From Antedon mediterranea (lineage: Eukaryota > Animalia > Echinodermata), in assembly GCF_964355755.1 (NCBI RefSeq), contig NC_092676.1, positions 26,368,871 through 26,432,870 of the forward strand: a DNA stretch of 64,000 bases. The letters run 5' to 3'. The notes under the pieces were generated by a model. That model had not been told where the DNA came from, did not search any database, and saw only the letters and a program-made list of their open reading frames with translations. The position numbers were made by a program, and so were the translations under genes. Numbering within the stretch: position 1 is the stretch's first letter; the number at the start of each line of letters is the position of its first letter. Shown here piece by piece: positions 36,908 to 51,400 of the stretch.

Positions 36908-39370
36908 TATAATCCCATCATGTCGTCTGAGGCATGATGTTAATCACCTTTGAAAGTAGAACAGCTCAAATCTTTAATCCAAATTATCATTTAATAGTAA
37001 CATTTCACGCAGTTGGTCCTTTTATAATCCAACGCAAAATGTAAGTGCCAGTGGTGTTCTGGGAAACAACCCGAAATTTCAACAGAGTCTTAAGACAATT
37101 TGCAGTTTTGGGGAAGAGATATAGATTCACTAATTTTATTATCATTGATTACAATGACTGTTACCAGTTCAATTAAAACCTTTCTTTGAAACAGAAAGTG
37201 ATATTTTTTATTTTCTTATAATTTATAGGCCTAAATGTAGCATTTTTGTAATTTGTTTTAATTTTGCCATTTATCTTAGAGTATATTAGCATTGAAATAT
37301 AAAAAAGTTAATGTGGGGAGAAACACAAGATTATATATTTTGGACCGTAAATTGAAGACAGAGGACCAATGCACTAGTTTTTTCTCACATTTTAGTCGGA
37401 GAAAAAAAGCAGACCCTGGGGGCGCACCCCTCCGTGTTGTTTTAAGGAAATTAATTGCAAAATAATTTTGCCAAATCGAAGTTATCGCTAGGAAGGAGGC
37501 CTAGCTACGCATACTGATGATGATCCGATCAGACGATTGCCAATTTTTTAAAGAAATATGATTAGTGTATATTTCCTAATTTGCCAGGAATTTTGCGTAA
37601 GTACAGACTAATTATTTTTTATACGGAAATTCAAGGTTATTTAGAAGCTAAGCTATATGTTTAGTCGCGTGTGTTTTGATGTCGAGTCTTTGTTGGGAGG
37701 CTAATTGGCGACTATCGTACTATATTACGGTTTGTATGTTCCGGTCGCGGCCTAGCCTTACTAATTTACGTAATTAAATAATATAAAGGAAACTATTATT
37801 GTTTTCTTTTGTGTGTTATCAGTAATTTATGTGAAAACGTGGTTTTGAAAGAAAAAAATGTTTTTCAAAGAAAAACTAGGGAAAACCAAGATTTAATCAC
37901 AAGAAAATAACCTAAAACGGGACCCTTCCTCCTGCCATATTAATATGTCGATCTTAAAAAATAGAGCATGAACGCTGAGCAAATAAACTGTTATAAATAC
38001 TTTGTTTTTTTCCAGAATAATAATTAATATTTTCATATATTATATAATCACGTTTTTACACATTCTTTTTTTTATATTTTGTTTTATTTTTGTTGTCCTA
38101 CTTTGTAAAAATTAATCTTGGTAGGACAAAATAAATGGTGATTATTTTCAATCTCAACGCACTTGATTAGTTGATATATACAATCAGTCATCTAAAAAAC
38201 TGTAGTACTTTTCTTCATGGCAGCTTGGCAAATAATACATGAACTCATAATCTGGGATGTAAAGGGGAATTCCCAACACAATCTAGCCAAGCTACTATCA
38301 TGACTGTAGGAAGGTCACGCCTTAATGGTTTTCACCGCTTGTGATGCACTGTAGGCAGTTGCATTTCTGTATAAATAGCATAAAAGCTTGCTTACTCATA
38401 ATTCTTAGATGACACTTGGGAGAATTTCTTTGGAGTAATAAGTTGGGATTTTTCCCCCTTTTTTACCCGAGAAGAATGTGTTGAGACTCATGCTTTTAAT
38501 GGACACATGTAAGTAAAAATAGGTCAGAGTTTGTTTTGTTTTACTACTATCCTTAGATTAGTCACACACAGTATAACTTAATCCACCGTACCCACCTAAA
38601 GTATATTGAACTATCTTTCTTACTTAGTGCCTCTTGCTTATCTTAAATCTTTTTCTTGTCCATTACGCTAAGTGTAGTGTAGTTTTTTATACTGGTTAGC
38701 ACACATACTTGTTTTGTACAGGCTGTACTTTATTGCTATCTTGTCATGTGTGCAGTGGGGACAGGCATTTAATGTAGCCCTATTAGCCATATGTTCACAC
38801 TTTAGTTCTTTACTTTAAAAAAATTAAATATTCACACAGTTTACAACAATGTCTGATTTTTGTCTCTGTAATAATTTTACAATTAAATTCTGAATAATGT
38901 ATATTTACAATATATATACAGTGTGCACACAGTTAGGTTTGATGGGTTTTTTTAAGTATTATTTTTAGCATAGCAAAGAAATAGATTTATTTTTAGATAC
39001 CTTGTTTGTAAGTGTAGAAGATATAAGCATATTGTAATATTATTTTCTGCATCATATGATTATCAAAAGGAATTTTGACTTTTTAAGTTTTATTTATATT
39101 GTGCAAGGAAATAATGTTAAAACAATTGCTGTTTTTTAAAAATAAGGTTTATTCCAAAATACCACAATGTATTTATAAACACTTATATATACAATTCTAT
39201 GGAATACTCAGAACTAAATCAATTAAAAAAATGTGTTATTGTTAGAGCTATCTAATTTAAACATTCATGGAACTGCTCTGGTATTAATACTGTACTTAAG
39301 TCAATTCAATTCAACTTGATTTCAGACAAAGTGTCCATATGAACATATACATATATATATGTATGTATAT

Positions 39371-40205
39371 GCAGGCGGTCCGAGTTCGAGTCTCGGTTTG
39401 GGCGACTTTTTCTCATTCTCACAGATTTCCTCATCTTTATCGTTTCAAATTAATTAATTAAATTTCAGTATATCACCGGGCGGTTTAGAATTAATGTTCT
39501 TTGCCTCTTGTGTTTATATATATAAAAGTATCTCTTCGGAGATCCCGCCTCGTGAATAAAAATACTGAAAGATGAGGGCGTATCAATTTGATCTCTGTTG
39601 CACGTGCGTACAACTGAGGACTAGTGCTGTTCCGCCGTACCACCCCAGTGGTCTAATGGTTAGGACATCTGCATATCAAGCAGGCGGTCCGAGTTCGAGT
39701 CTCGGTTTGGGCGACTTTTTCTCATTCTCACAGATTTCCTCATCTTTATCGTTTCAAATTAATTAATTAAATTTCAGTATATCACCGGGCGGTTTAGAAT
39801 TAATGTTCTTTGCCTCTTGTGTTTATATATATATATATATATAAATAAAAAATAATAAAAAAATAAAAATAATAAAAATACTGAAAGATGAGGGCGTATC
39901 AATTTGATCTCTGGTGCGCGTGCGTACAACTGAGGACTAGTGCTGTTCCGCCGTACCACGCCGAGAATGTTAAAGAGTCGCTATCCAATCGAGTTTGAAC
40001 AATACTATGAAAGCCCCAGTGGTCTAATGGTTAGAACATCTGCATATCAAGCAGGCGGGCCGAGTTCGAGTCTCGGTTGGGCGACTTTTTCGCATTCTCA
40101 CAGATTTCCTCTTCTTTAGCGTTTCAAATTAATTAATTAAATTTCAGTATATCACCGGGCGGTTTAGAATTAAATGTTCATTGCCTGATTTGTTTATATA
40201 TAAAA
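39371..40205 (+). repeat. Tandem array (about 2.5 units of 270-370 bp) with tRNA-derived head
   Basis: tRNA-like segments at 39644-39714 and 40013-40084 (A box TGGTCTAATGG, B box AGTTCGAGTC, ATC in the anticodon loop, imperfect acceptor stem), each followed by a T tract; bounded by (TA)n. Confidence 0.8.
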
Positions 40206-42408
40206 AAAATGAAATATAAAGTATTATGTGACAACTTTCATGGAGAGAGGACCAAGAATTATCTTTTGACATATAGTGCCTCTCTTCACATAAAACACAT
40301 TTATTTCTATTAATATTAACATTTTTTGGCAGACTGAATTTTTTTGTGTTTTTTTTTTAAATATTAGTATTTGGAGATATTTGTTGAAATCACATGGCAA
40401 TCAAGGATGTGAATTGATTGGCCAATTGCAGGATGTTTGTTAAGCAGTGGAATTTGTGTGGATTAAATTAAGGGGTTTTTTAAGGAAAAAAGATTATTTT
40501 AGATTATATTGATATTTTTGCAATTCCTGGTTGCAATAATAAAAGCATCACGATTTCCATTCAGGACACCAGCTGACTCATTTATTTTAATTTATCAAAC
40601 CTGATAGAAAGACTAAATAAAAATATTTAGTTGCACAAAAAAACAACATTATTTTTCCAATCATGTTTTGTTTTTATTTTTTTGCTACTCTAACAATACA
40701 ATTAAAATCACTAATTTATGCCATTTATTTCATGTCTACCAAAAAACTGTTTTGTCCTTTGTCCTTCAATCCATTTCACAACCTTATTGAATTTGTTTAT
40801 TTCTTGTTGTACATGGCGACAGAATTCCACAACAAATGATAAATTCCTTTACAAAACAAAAATATCCAGAGAATGAATAAATAATAAAATGAAAAATATT
40901 ATTCATTCAACTATACTCAGGGACTGAGTTGGAAGTATTGGAAAAAAATTGACTACAGTGCGGTATAAAATATGTATGAACTGAGTTGGTGAACCTGTAT
41001 ACCAGGATACAACAGTGTTTTTGAGTATATGCTTAATAATGCTGTTGATAATCATTTTATCATATTTATTTTTATCAGTTTATTTCTAAGTAACCAAACA
41101 TTCTTGGCAATTCAGCATCCTGGTGCGTTGTATTGTATTAATACAAGAGGTACTGTACAGAGAAAGACGTCTGACATAAAGAACAAAAAATGACTTGCTT
41201 AATATCTGTATACACTTACTAATCTGATGTACGGATGCATTGAAAGCACTTTGGGAATAGGAAAATATATCTTTTGTATGAAAAATTCCGATAGTTTTAC
41301 CACCCTGACTCATAACAATAAACAATGTTAGCATATTTGGCAAGTGTGATTAATAAAATCCACACAATACATTTGGTAATTTATTTTAATAATATTAATA
41401 GATTGACTGTGGTAAAAGGTGGTAAAAGTTTTGGTTTTAAAATTGAATTTAGTATAGTATGCAGTATAATAATCCTTCCCTTTTAGTTTTTAATTTATTT
41501 TGATCTAAAAACAATTTATAGAGCGCGACAGATTTAACAATATTTAGTTATTTTAGACACAATTTATATAAAAATGGTTTATGCACTATTTTTTCCCAAA
41601 AAGAAATATTTAATAACTTAAATTACTTGGTATAAATGTTTGTGATAGTATTTTTATTTATCAGACAGTGTCGTCAGTCAGTTACGAATATTACTCTGTG
41701 GAGTGTAATACTGTACATTTTTTGGCTTAAATCCAAATTTGTATTTATATATTCAAGCTTATTTATAGAGGGCGTATGCTGACAATCAAGGGGCCCTCAT
41801 GATAAGTTTCAAAGGATCACCCTCATGATTTATATTAAATTTAAAGTACCTAATATACAATAACTTCTACAGTACAGTGCTGGATGGCTAAACCCAGCAG
41901 CCACAGAGCATGAGACCCCATTACAATTACCTAGTGTTGGAAGGCCCCTTAGGAGTGCTAAACCAGGGGGTTATGCCACTGCTACAGTTGTCCTGCCTAG
42001 CTTACTTGGATTCATTGAGCCTGTCAGTTATAATTAAATACTGTAATGATGTTTTTTTAAATAATTTTTAAGTGGGTGTTACATTGTTCAAAATATAATA
42101 CTAATCATGATTTTGATGTATTGAACCCGAGTTTTCAAAATGCTTTTCCAAACTCCACCTAAAAAATATTTTTGAACATTTGTTTTTTTCTCATCCATGC
42201 TTGAAATGATGCCCAATAGAAGTTATTATTTAAAATCCGGTTATTTTATATTGTATTAACCTTCACCTAATTATAATTTTGGTTTATTATCTTGTTATCT
42301 AAATTTACCAGTGATTTTATGATTTGTGGTATAAATTTCTTTTTTTGGAATGTTTTTTGTTCATAGTTTTTAATTTTACTCATTTTACAGAGGTGATTGT
42401 TTGCCGGT

Positions 42409-45400
42409 ATGAGTAAAAAATCTGATAAAGAAAAGCTCCTTAGTGAGCCAGTCCGACCCGGTCACCGGCCGCTACGAGCACCGAGCGGACCAGGACCACC
42501 TCATTCTGGTGCATCCATCGATAATATTGAAGGGTATGATCTCAAGTTTGAGCCGATCCTAAATCAGAAGTACGAGTGCCCGATATGCCTGATGTGTCTG
42601 CGCGAACCTTTACAAACAGAGTGTGGACATCGATTTTGTAGCTCATGTATTAGAAAATGGTTAAGGTAATAGGAAGTTTTTTATTTTGCAATGACATGAC
42701 ATCATGTTGCAATGACTTAAGACTGCATGTGTTGGCTATGAGCGCTCACTGGCTAAGCCTAGGGGCCCTACGCTTGCAGAGGCACCTGATCAGTGCCCAG
42801 AGGAAAAACCAGGCATTAGAATATGGAAAAAAGGGCTAAATACGCCCAAGGCCTCCAGCATTGGAGAGCCACTTAGGGTTCCTAAACCAGGCCTCTGTGT
42901 TACACCACTGGACTTACGACACTTATGATGTCATGTGAATGCACTATTTGCATACATAGGTTTTGGTTTGGGTTTTTTGGTTAAGTCGTTGACCAACTTT
43001 GTCTAGACATTCTGGGTGTATTGTCGTTGGAACAATTTGAAATTGATTTTTACAGAACTTGGGCAGATGATGTAATTCATAAGTGGTTGCAAAAACTAAC
43101 TTCAAAAAGTCATAGCTAATATTGTATCCAACCCTCGATAATTATGTTGAATTTTGAAATTAAATTGTTGATTTTATTTTGTAGGGATACAGGTGAACGA
43201 TGCCCAATTGATAACACATCACTCACAGAGAGTCAGGTAATTAACTTAAAATGAAACTATGTTTTTAGTAAAATGTAAATATGTATTGTCCCCCCAAAAA
43301 ATGAAAAAATAAGATTAATAAAAATAGACTTTGAATAGGCCATTTCATAGTTTTTAATAAAAATAATCACTTTTGTACCAAAAAAAACAAACAAATTATG
43401 TTTTCGCTTATAAAAAGACAAAATAAACGGTTAAATACAACTAAAAACTTTAAAGCTTTACATAAAGTTTTTTTCAGGTAAGCGATTTTTTTTGTTTTCA
43501 TTAAAATTTTTGGTCAGTTAAGTGAATACCTATTATGTGATATTAAAATGGCATATTCAATAACAAACAAAAAAATTTCAGGGGGAAAATATATGTGATT
43601 TCTTCTTCCAAACATTAATTTTCAATTATTTGTTGAAATTAAAGTAACCCACAAAATTATATGACCACTATCCATCAAATATAGAACCAACATGCAATAA
43701 AAGATTAGGTTTAAAACAAACATTAACAAGAAAGTAATTGAGAAGTTTTCTAGGTACTTTGTAAGTGCCATTTTATTATCTTTTTCCAATAATTTACACA
43801 AGCTTTGTTTAATGGTAGCAACAATAAGTAACCCTTTAACAATAAGAATATCTAGGTCAACTAGATATAGAATGACATATAGCCCTACAGGTTTTATGCT
43901 TTGTACATTTTTATTGGAATTCAAGATTATAAACATACTTTCCCACATCATTGTGAATTGTAGCATTCATAATTGTAATCGGTTTTTCCGTTTTTTTTTC
44001 CATTCAACATTGAACAATAAGTGACTTATTTTTAATGTCTGCAGATATACGTTTTTTCATTGTAACTCAATATCTAGTTTTCTTCTATAGAGTAGTGCTA
44101 AGACTTTGTAATATCAATACTGGGTTAAAATCTTACAGGATTTATTTTCTCATGACATCAACTTTACCTCACCTGTTAAAGTTCAATCCTACCTAAAGCT
44201 ATTCATTTATAAATTTTCAAATAAATAAATATTTTTAGTATAAGCTGTTGATTTATTGAAGTAGACTAATCTATGTAGGATTAGGGGAAATCCCTCAAAA
44301 GACTAATAATAATGTTTTCTATTTTATATTATATAAATTCCTTACATTTTTGTTTAATGATAATTATATGGATAATTATTTTGATTAATAATTATAATAT
44401 TGATAATTATTTTAATTAATTATGATAATAAAATATAATTAATCAATTATTATACCAAATTTTGACACAATATAAACACAAATTTTCTATTTTTATATGC
44501 ATTTCACTTTTTGGTAATTATTAATTATTATATTGATAATTATATCAATAATTAAAAAAATGAAATATTATTTTTTTTTATTACTGTAGCACTAATTGAC
44601 AAACTCAACCATTGTAAAGATACAACAAGATTCAATAGATTGTTTTTACTTACTTACTGCAATAACAAAAGTATTAATATTATATTAATGATCGTGTAAT
44701 TATTTATAGTATTTTTTTAGTTCACCTTATTTATAGAGGGTGACCCTAAACAGTGTATGCTGACAATCAAGGGGATTGATCAGTTATGATAAGTGTCTGT
44801 GTCTGACAGTGGCTGTTTGTATACTACACCGGGGTAACCTCCTACTCATCCGAAAGATGTACTAGGTTCTTTAAAGTGCGCATTAGCCAGATGTGTACAC
44901 TACGGTTTATAGTCCTTATCCGAGAAGACTCGTTATACCACCAGAACCATGGAGCGAGTGAGGCTCAAACCCTTGCTGATATTAAGTTGGCAGGGTATAC
45001 GGTTCCACTGTCTTAGCCATCTATTCGTTCACTTTTTAAATAGTACTGTAATTATGGCACCACCTTTTTCTTCCCCTTCGCCTTTTTCTCTTCAAGTGGT
45101 TTCCATTTCCAGATATTAAAATATTCAGTTTAATTATGTAATCCAATAATTAAACTACATACTTATCATATTTTATTGCTCAAGAATGAGAATGTAGATA
45201 TCGCATTGTAAAAACGAAATGTACTGTTGTTGGCATTTAAGTGAATAATTCCACGGCATTTTCATTTTCTCGCACATTATGAGATTAGATACAGACACAT
45301 TGATCTTATAGTTGGTGTATGTTTGGGAAAATCCCTTTATCTTTACCTTTCAGTGTAAAAATGTAATGTTACATAAATTACTGTACCTGTAATAAGCAAT

Positions 45401-48400
45401 TGTGTTTCACTATATATTTGTAATTAAAATTTAATACAAACATATACCATAGGTCTTATTTAATACCTCCTTGATACGAATAAGCGTTTGATTAATTGTT
45501 ACCAAATTTAAACAAATTATTTGCCCAGAATGTGGAATTATTTAGGGAAAATTGGTTAATAATATTAATTGAAAAGTGATAAATTTATTTTACTTTGAGA
45601 ATAGGAAATAATATTTTGACAAAACTTTCAACAAATTATTTGCCCAGAATGTGGGATTATTTAGGGAAAAATAGTTAATTGAAAAGTCATATAGTATTTT
45701 TCATTGAGAATAGGAAATAATATTGTGACCAAACTTTCAACAAATTATTTGCCCAGAATGTGGGATTATTTAGGGGAAAATTGGTTAATAATAGAAAAGT
45801 CATAAAGTTAATGAATTTTACATTGAGAATAGGAAATAATATTATGACCACAATTTATACAAATTATTTGCCCAGAATGTGGGAAGAATTAGTTAATCGA
45901 AAAGTCATATAGTTAATGTATTTTACATTGAGAATAGGAAATAATATTGTGACCAAAATTTAAACAAATCTTAATGTCAGTAGGGGGTACTTTAGGGGAA
46001 AACCCAAATTTGTAAATAAAGGTATTGAACCTTTGTATATTAGTCATATATAGGTTTAGTTCTGGTGTTGGTGGTATTATTTGTTGTGTTATTTATGGTT
46101 TTACTTCCTACTTTAACAGGAACTGTAAATAAGGATGTATTTGGTGGGGGGTCATTTGGTTGGGGTCAAACCACTAATGAAGGTAGTAATACACTTGAAT
46201 TAGGCAAGGCAAGGTGGTTTATTTTGGAGTCTAGTGGTGATTTTGGAGTCTGGTGGTGATGTTGGAGTCTGGTGGTGATGTTGGAGTCTGGTGGTGATGT
46301 TGGAGTCTTGTGGTGATGTTGGAGTCTGGTGGTGAGGTTAGAGTCTGGTGGTGAGGTTAGAGTCTGGTGGTGAGGTTAGAGTCTGGTGGTGAGGTTAGAG
46401 TCTGGTGGTGAGGTTAGAGTCTGGTGGTGAGGTTAGAGTCTGGTGGTGATGTTGGAGTCTGATGGTGATGTTGGAGTCTGGTGGTGATGTTGGAGTCTGG
46501 TGGTGATGTTGGAGTCTGGTGGTGATGTTGGAGTCTGGTGATGATGTTGGAGTCTGGTGGTGATGTTGGAGTCTGGTGGTGATGTTGGAGTCTGGTGGTG
46601 ATGTTGGAGTCTGGTGGTGATGTTGGAGTCTGATGATGATGTTGGAGTCTGGTGGTGATGTTGGAGTCTGGTGGTGATATTGGAGTCTGGTTAATTATTT
46701 TACTTATTAAGTATGTTACCAGCTAAATACATTTGCTTACATTCTGTTTATTTTACCCATCTAATAATAATAATATTATTTTACCGACGACGTGCAGTGT
46801 TTGGGAAGTTTACATATATCATCATAATTTCTATGAGACTTCAACACATCAATAAATACCATACTTAAATTCTGTATGAATCAACACAAATACCGTACAG
46901 CTGTCATGTGGAAATATAAATAATATTACTATTAGAGATAACTTCAACTTGTCAAGGGGAAAACTAGAGGAATTTTGATTAGGAAATGTTATAAGTGAGA
47001 ATTCTTTTATCTAGAGCAGTCTTGAAATGATTCAATTAAAAGGAAAACCTTTGAAGTGACAGTTTGTAAGGTCAACTGTGCTGTGAATTGCAATGTAACA
47101 ATGAAAGGGGAATTTCCCTTTTTTATCTTTTATTTATTAATTAATTTTGCAAGGATTAAACTGGTTACTGGTTGCCATATCCTGTGGTGTAAGTATCCTG
47201 TCGCGTGGTACAGGTTACAGGCCAATGTTTCATTTCAATAAATTGAAGAGTTTCACGTGCGATAATGATTACAAACTACCTTTGTCAAAAATACTTTAAA
47301 GATTAGTTTATTTTAGTGACATCATCTTCTTTCTGTGCAGAATGTCATTAGAGTACTGTATACAGTACCCATCCCAAGGGACACCCTTATTAAGTCAATC
47401 GTTCTAACAGTATTTTTCATTGCCTTTGAAATCTGCATTTTTAATAGTTTTTAATCAGTATTTTAGCACAGGCCTATAAATAATATTTTTAACATTGCCT
47501 TTTGCATTTTTATGTGTTTTTATTTGTTGTTTTATTGTCTTAATTGTGCCAAGCAAAATGAATTTCCATTTTAAAATGGGCCAATAAAATTTGTTGAATC
47601 TTGAATTTTGAACCCTCAAACTTGAACCAAAACACTGCAAGAATGTAGAGAGATATGCGAGGGAGATATATAAGCATGGTTGGGTGTCAAAGAATTAAGG
47701 ATAAATGTGGTGGGGGTGGGGAAGCAACATGGTATATCAGGTATCTATAGTAGTGGTTACTATACTTGGTTTGGTGCTGTGTTTGAATATAGGTGAAATG
47801 ACTTAAAATAAACTTTAACTACTAAATTGTTGGGGGTTTTTTTTGTTTATTCTAGGAAACATTTAATCAAAATATCAATATTGCATACTATTTCCTTTTG
47901 TTGATTTTAATTCCACAACTATTGGCCTGGAAAATAAACAGATGGATTTTCCCCCCATAAAAAGTAAATTAAAATCTGTGCGATACATTCTTGTGTATTT
48001 GTTTAGTTGACCCTGGATGACACCATTGTTACCTTGCTTTACTTTACATGTGTTTGGTTGAAGTATGAACCAGGTTAGCATCAATTTAGGGGATTCCCCT
48101 TTTTGGCTTGTACTTACTTCTGGTTCAGTTCAAATAAATATGTATTTTTTCTGGTATTTTTATTCAATTCATGATTAGCAACTACCTGATAAACATCTGT
48201 TGTAAACACCTTAGGTGTGTTCCGCAAACTATTTTTATTTTTTACAAAAGCAGGTAAGACTTTAGTAATTAATACAAGTAATTAACAAGGCTATTAAATT
48301 TATAATCTAACACCTATGCATAGAAGTTATTCTTAATACTATATTGGCTATGGCTATACCTTGTACACTGTAAGCTGTTTTTATTTAAAATGTTATACCC

Positions 48401-51400
48401 AGGGATAGCCACATGCGACTATTACATGTGTAACATTTTTATGTGCAAACAGGCCCTTGGGTTGAGTTATATTTAGAAGTAATTGAGGTTGATTATTTAG
48501 GGGTCTAATGACATAAAACGTCTAGTGGTACTATTGTGTGGAGTGTGCTGCATGTGCAGTAGGACCCATACTGTACCTTGCTGCTTGTACATATCACCAA
48601 TGTTTACTTACAGTAGACCAGTACTGTACATGCATAGTTTACCTGTTAGAATATATTACTACAAAACAAACAACAGAATAGGTGGGCAGGATTGTATACA
48701 TATTGTTTTAAATAAATATAACAGAAACATTTGATTCCTCCTTATTTTATCCTCAACCCGTTTAATTCCCTTTCCTTAAGCTCTGTCTACACTATCAAAC
48801 TTTCTGTGAAAAAAAATGTGATGTGCCCATGGAAATGATAATGTCATATCACTACCATATTTGAGCATATCACTACCATATTTGGGCACATCACACTTTT
48901 TTTGTTAGATACAGTACTAGTGTAGACCGAGCTTAATACAGTACTATCCCTTCACCATTTCCTTCCATTTTCCATAAACTTTTGTTTCACATTTTAATAG
49001 AGATAAATTTATGTATATACCAGTATTTGTAATACCATAAAGTTATGTACACAATCACAGGATCCCTTTATTTAGCAATCGCTCTTGTACAGATAGTCTT
49101 ATGATAACTAAGTAATCTAATCTCTTTAAAAACCATGTCTAAAAATTGTGAAACGTGAATACCACGGAAACAAACATTTCGAAAAACAAAATCGTGTAAC
49201 CAATGGATTGTATTTCATAATCCTGGTTGTAGTGCTCGAAATCTTTTGATTGGCCAGTTCTATACACATGTGGCATACACCAGTTTTTATTATTTTACTA
49301 TAAATATATATAAAATCTGCACACATAGTTATTCTTGCTGTTAATTAAAAATGAATTACAGTATATGTATATTCCCATCCTCGAATGTAATCCCACCTCC
49401 TAATTTAGGCTAAATTCAGTCACAAGACTGGTAAATTATTTTGTTAATGCAATCCAATTATAACCTAACCCCTTAATTTGGAAAATGTCACTCATACCCA
49501 AAGGCTATTATGAACATATTTGTGCAAAATGTTCCTATTTAAACAAATAATATTTACTAGCCCCATGGCATTTTTTAATAATATAGTCTCTGGTTATTTT
49601 TTATACTTCTTTTTACAATGTGTATCTGTATAATCATAGATTATATTTACCGTCAACATTTAACGGAATTGGTTTATTTGAAACCAGATTTTCGTTTATA
49701 GTGAAGGACAAAATTGCGTTGAACTTACCCAACGTGGCATGCGTTATCATGGCACTTTATCAAGGTAGTGAGCCACACATACTGTATACGATGATTTGTT
49801 AGAAGAAGGAATTGGTTTATATAGGTACGCTAATTATACCAACATTTTAATTTTTAGATGTTTTTGGATGTTTGTGTTAAGCGTGAGATCATGGACCTTA
49901 AAGCACATTGTCCGCATCCAGGTTGTCAGGAAATTCTTGAGTTGAGACACATCGAGGTAATAATATGTTTATTAAAGTTGTACAATGTCTACATCAAAAA
50001 AAGTCACTAGCTAATATGTTTTTAATACCAGTGTACTTTTTAAAACTTTAACTAGTTTGACAAATTAAGTGTGATGTACCCAAATATAGTAGTGATATGA
50101 CAAAATATAGTAGTGATATGACATCATCATGTCCATATTTAGGCACATCACATTTTGTTGTCACATGAAGTTTGATAGCTGTGCAGACAATAGTGCTTAA
50201 AACTATTATAACACAAGAAATGTGCCTGCTAAAGTAGGTGATAAACTCATATTTGGAATGTAGTGCTCTATACACTATTAAACTTTATGTGACAACAAAA
50301 ATTTGATGTGCCTAAATATGGACATAATGATGATGTCATACCACTACCATATTTGGGCACATCACATTTTTTTGTCACATAAAGTTTGATAGTGTACACA
50401 GAGCTTTAGATGTAATAGCAAAATTGCATCATGTTAATAAATATGTGATATAAAATGAAACTACAGTTATTTTGTATGTATATTATTCTACAAGTGGTAG
50501 CTGACACATTTAGGTTATAGCGTTGAATCTACCCCTGCTCTTGATTTTCTCATTTTATATGTTGTATGTATAGTATGTTATTGTTGCTATGCTAGTCGAA
50601 TAAATAAACAAATTAAATATCTACAGACTACAACAACAAACAGACTATTGAGCCAAAAAATAAATAAAATCAAGCTTTACAATAATTTTACAAAGCACAA
50701 TATCCTATATCTACTTAAGGTCTATAAAAGTCCTAAACTTTCTTGTTATCGAATTATATAGCGATATCATGATCCAAGCGATACCATGATCCTGTGTAAC
50801 AGCAAAGTTTATTTGTTTTGGTAACAATGGAAATTTATTTCATTTGGCTTCAACCCAGCGTTTAAACATGAAGCTCACCATCAACATATTATTTATTATT
50901 TTATTTCCTGGTGCCTTGTTAAATACACCTATGAAACTATAGAGTTTGAAAATATTAAAAGTTATGACATCCTAAATGCACTTGAAGTAATGGAGCATTC
51001 TTCAGGCTCGAAATTTTATTCTTGACCATTGATTTGCCAATTTCTGTTAATACCACTTTTTGTAGAATTATGAAATTTTCTCAAAAATGTGATTACTTAC
51101 TAGCAAGGTTGTTTATTTTTTGTTTACAACTAGTAAAGATAGTGGATAAAAAAGTAACTTTCTAGTCCCCTTTTTTTGTAATTTAATACAGTATGAATTT
51201 AATACAATATTTTTGTCATATGATGACAAATTCAATTTTAAAAGATCGGGTTACTAATAAAATAATGTTCAATCAGACTTTAACAATTATACCCAGCTTT
51301 CTATTTGCAGGTACATGTCATTTAAGTTTGGTCTGGACTTTTTTTTTCCGTTTTCACAATTTAGAGTTAATTTCTTCTTTCGTGTTACATTATTTAACAT

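Noticed and set aside
40013-40084. Functional tRNA-Asp(ATC) gene
   Set aside because: Imperfect acceptor and D stems, an anticodon not normally used for Asp in eukaryotes, and it sits in a tandem repeat; treated as tRNA-derived.
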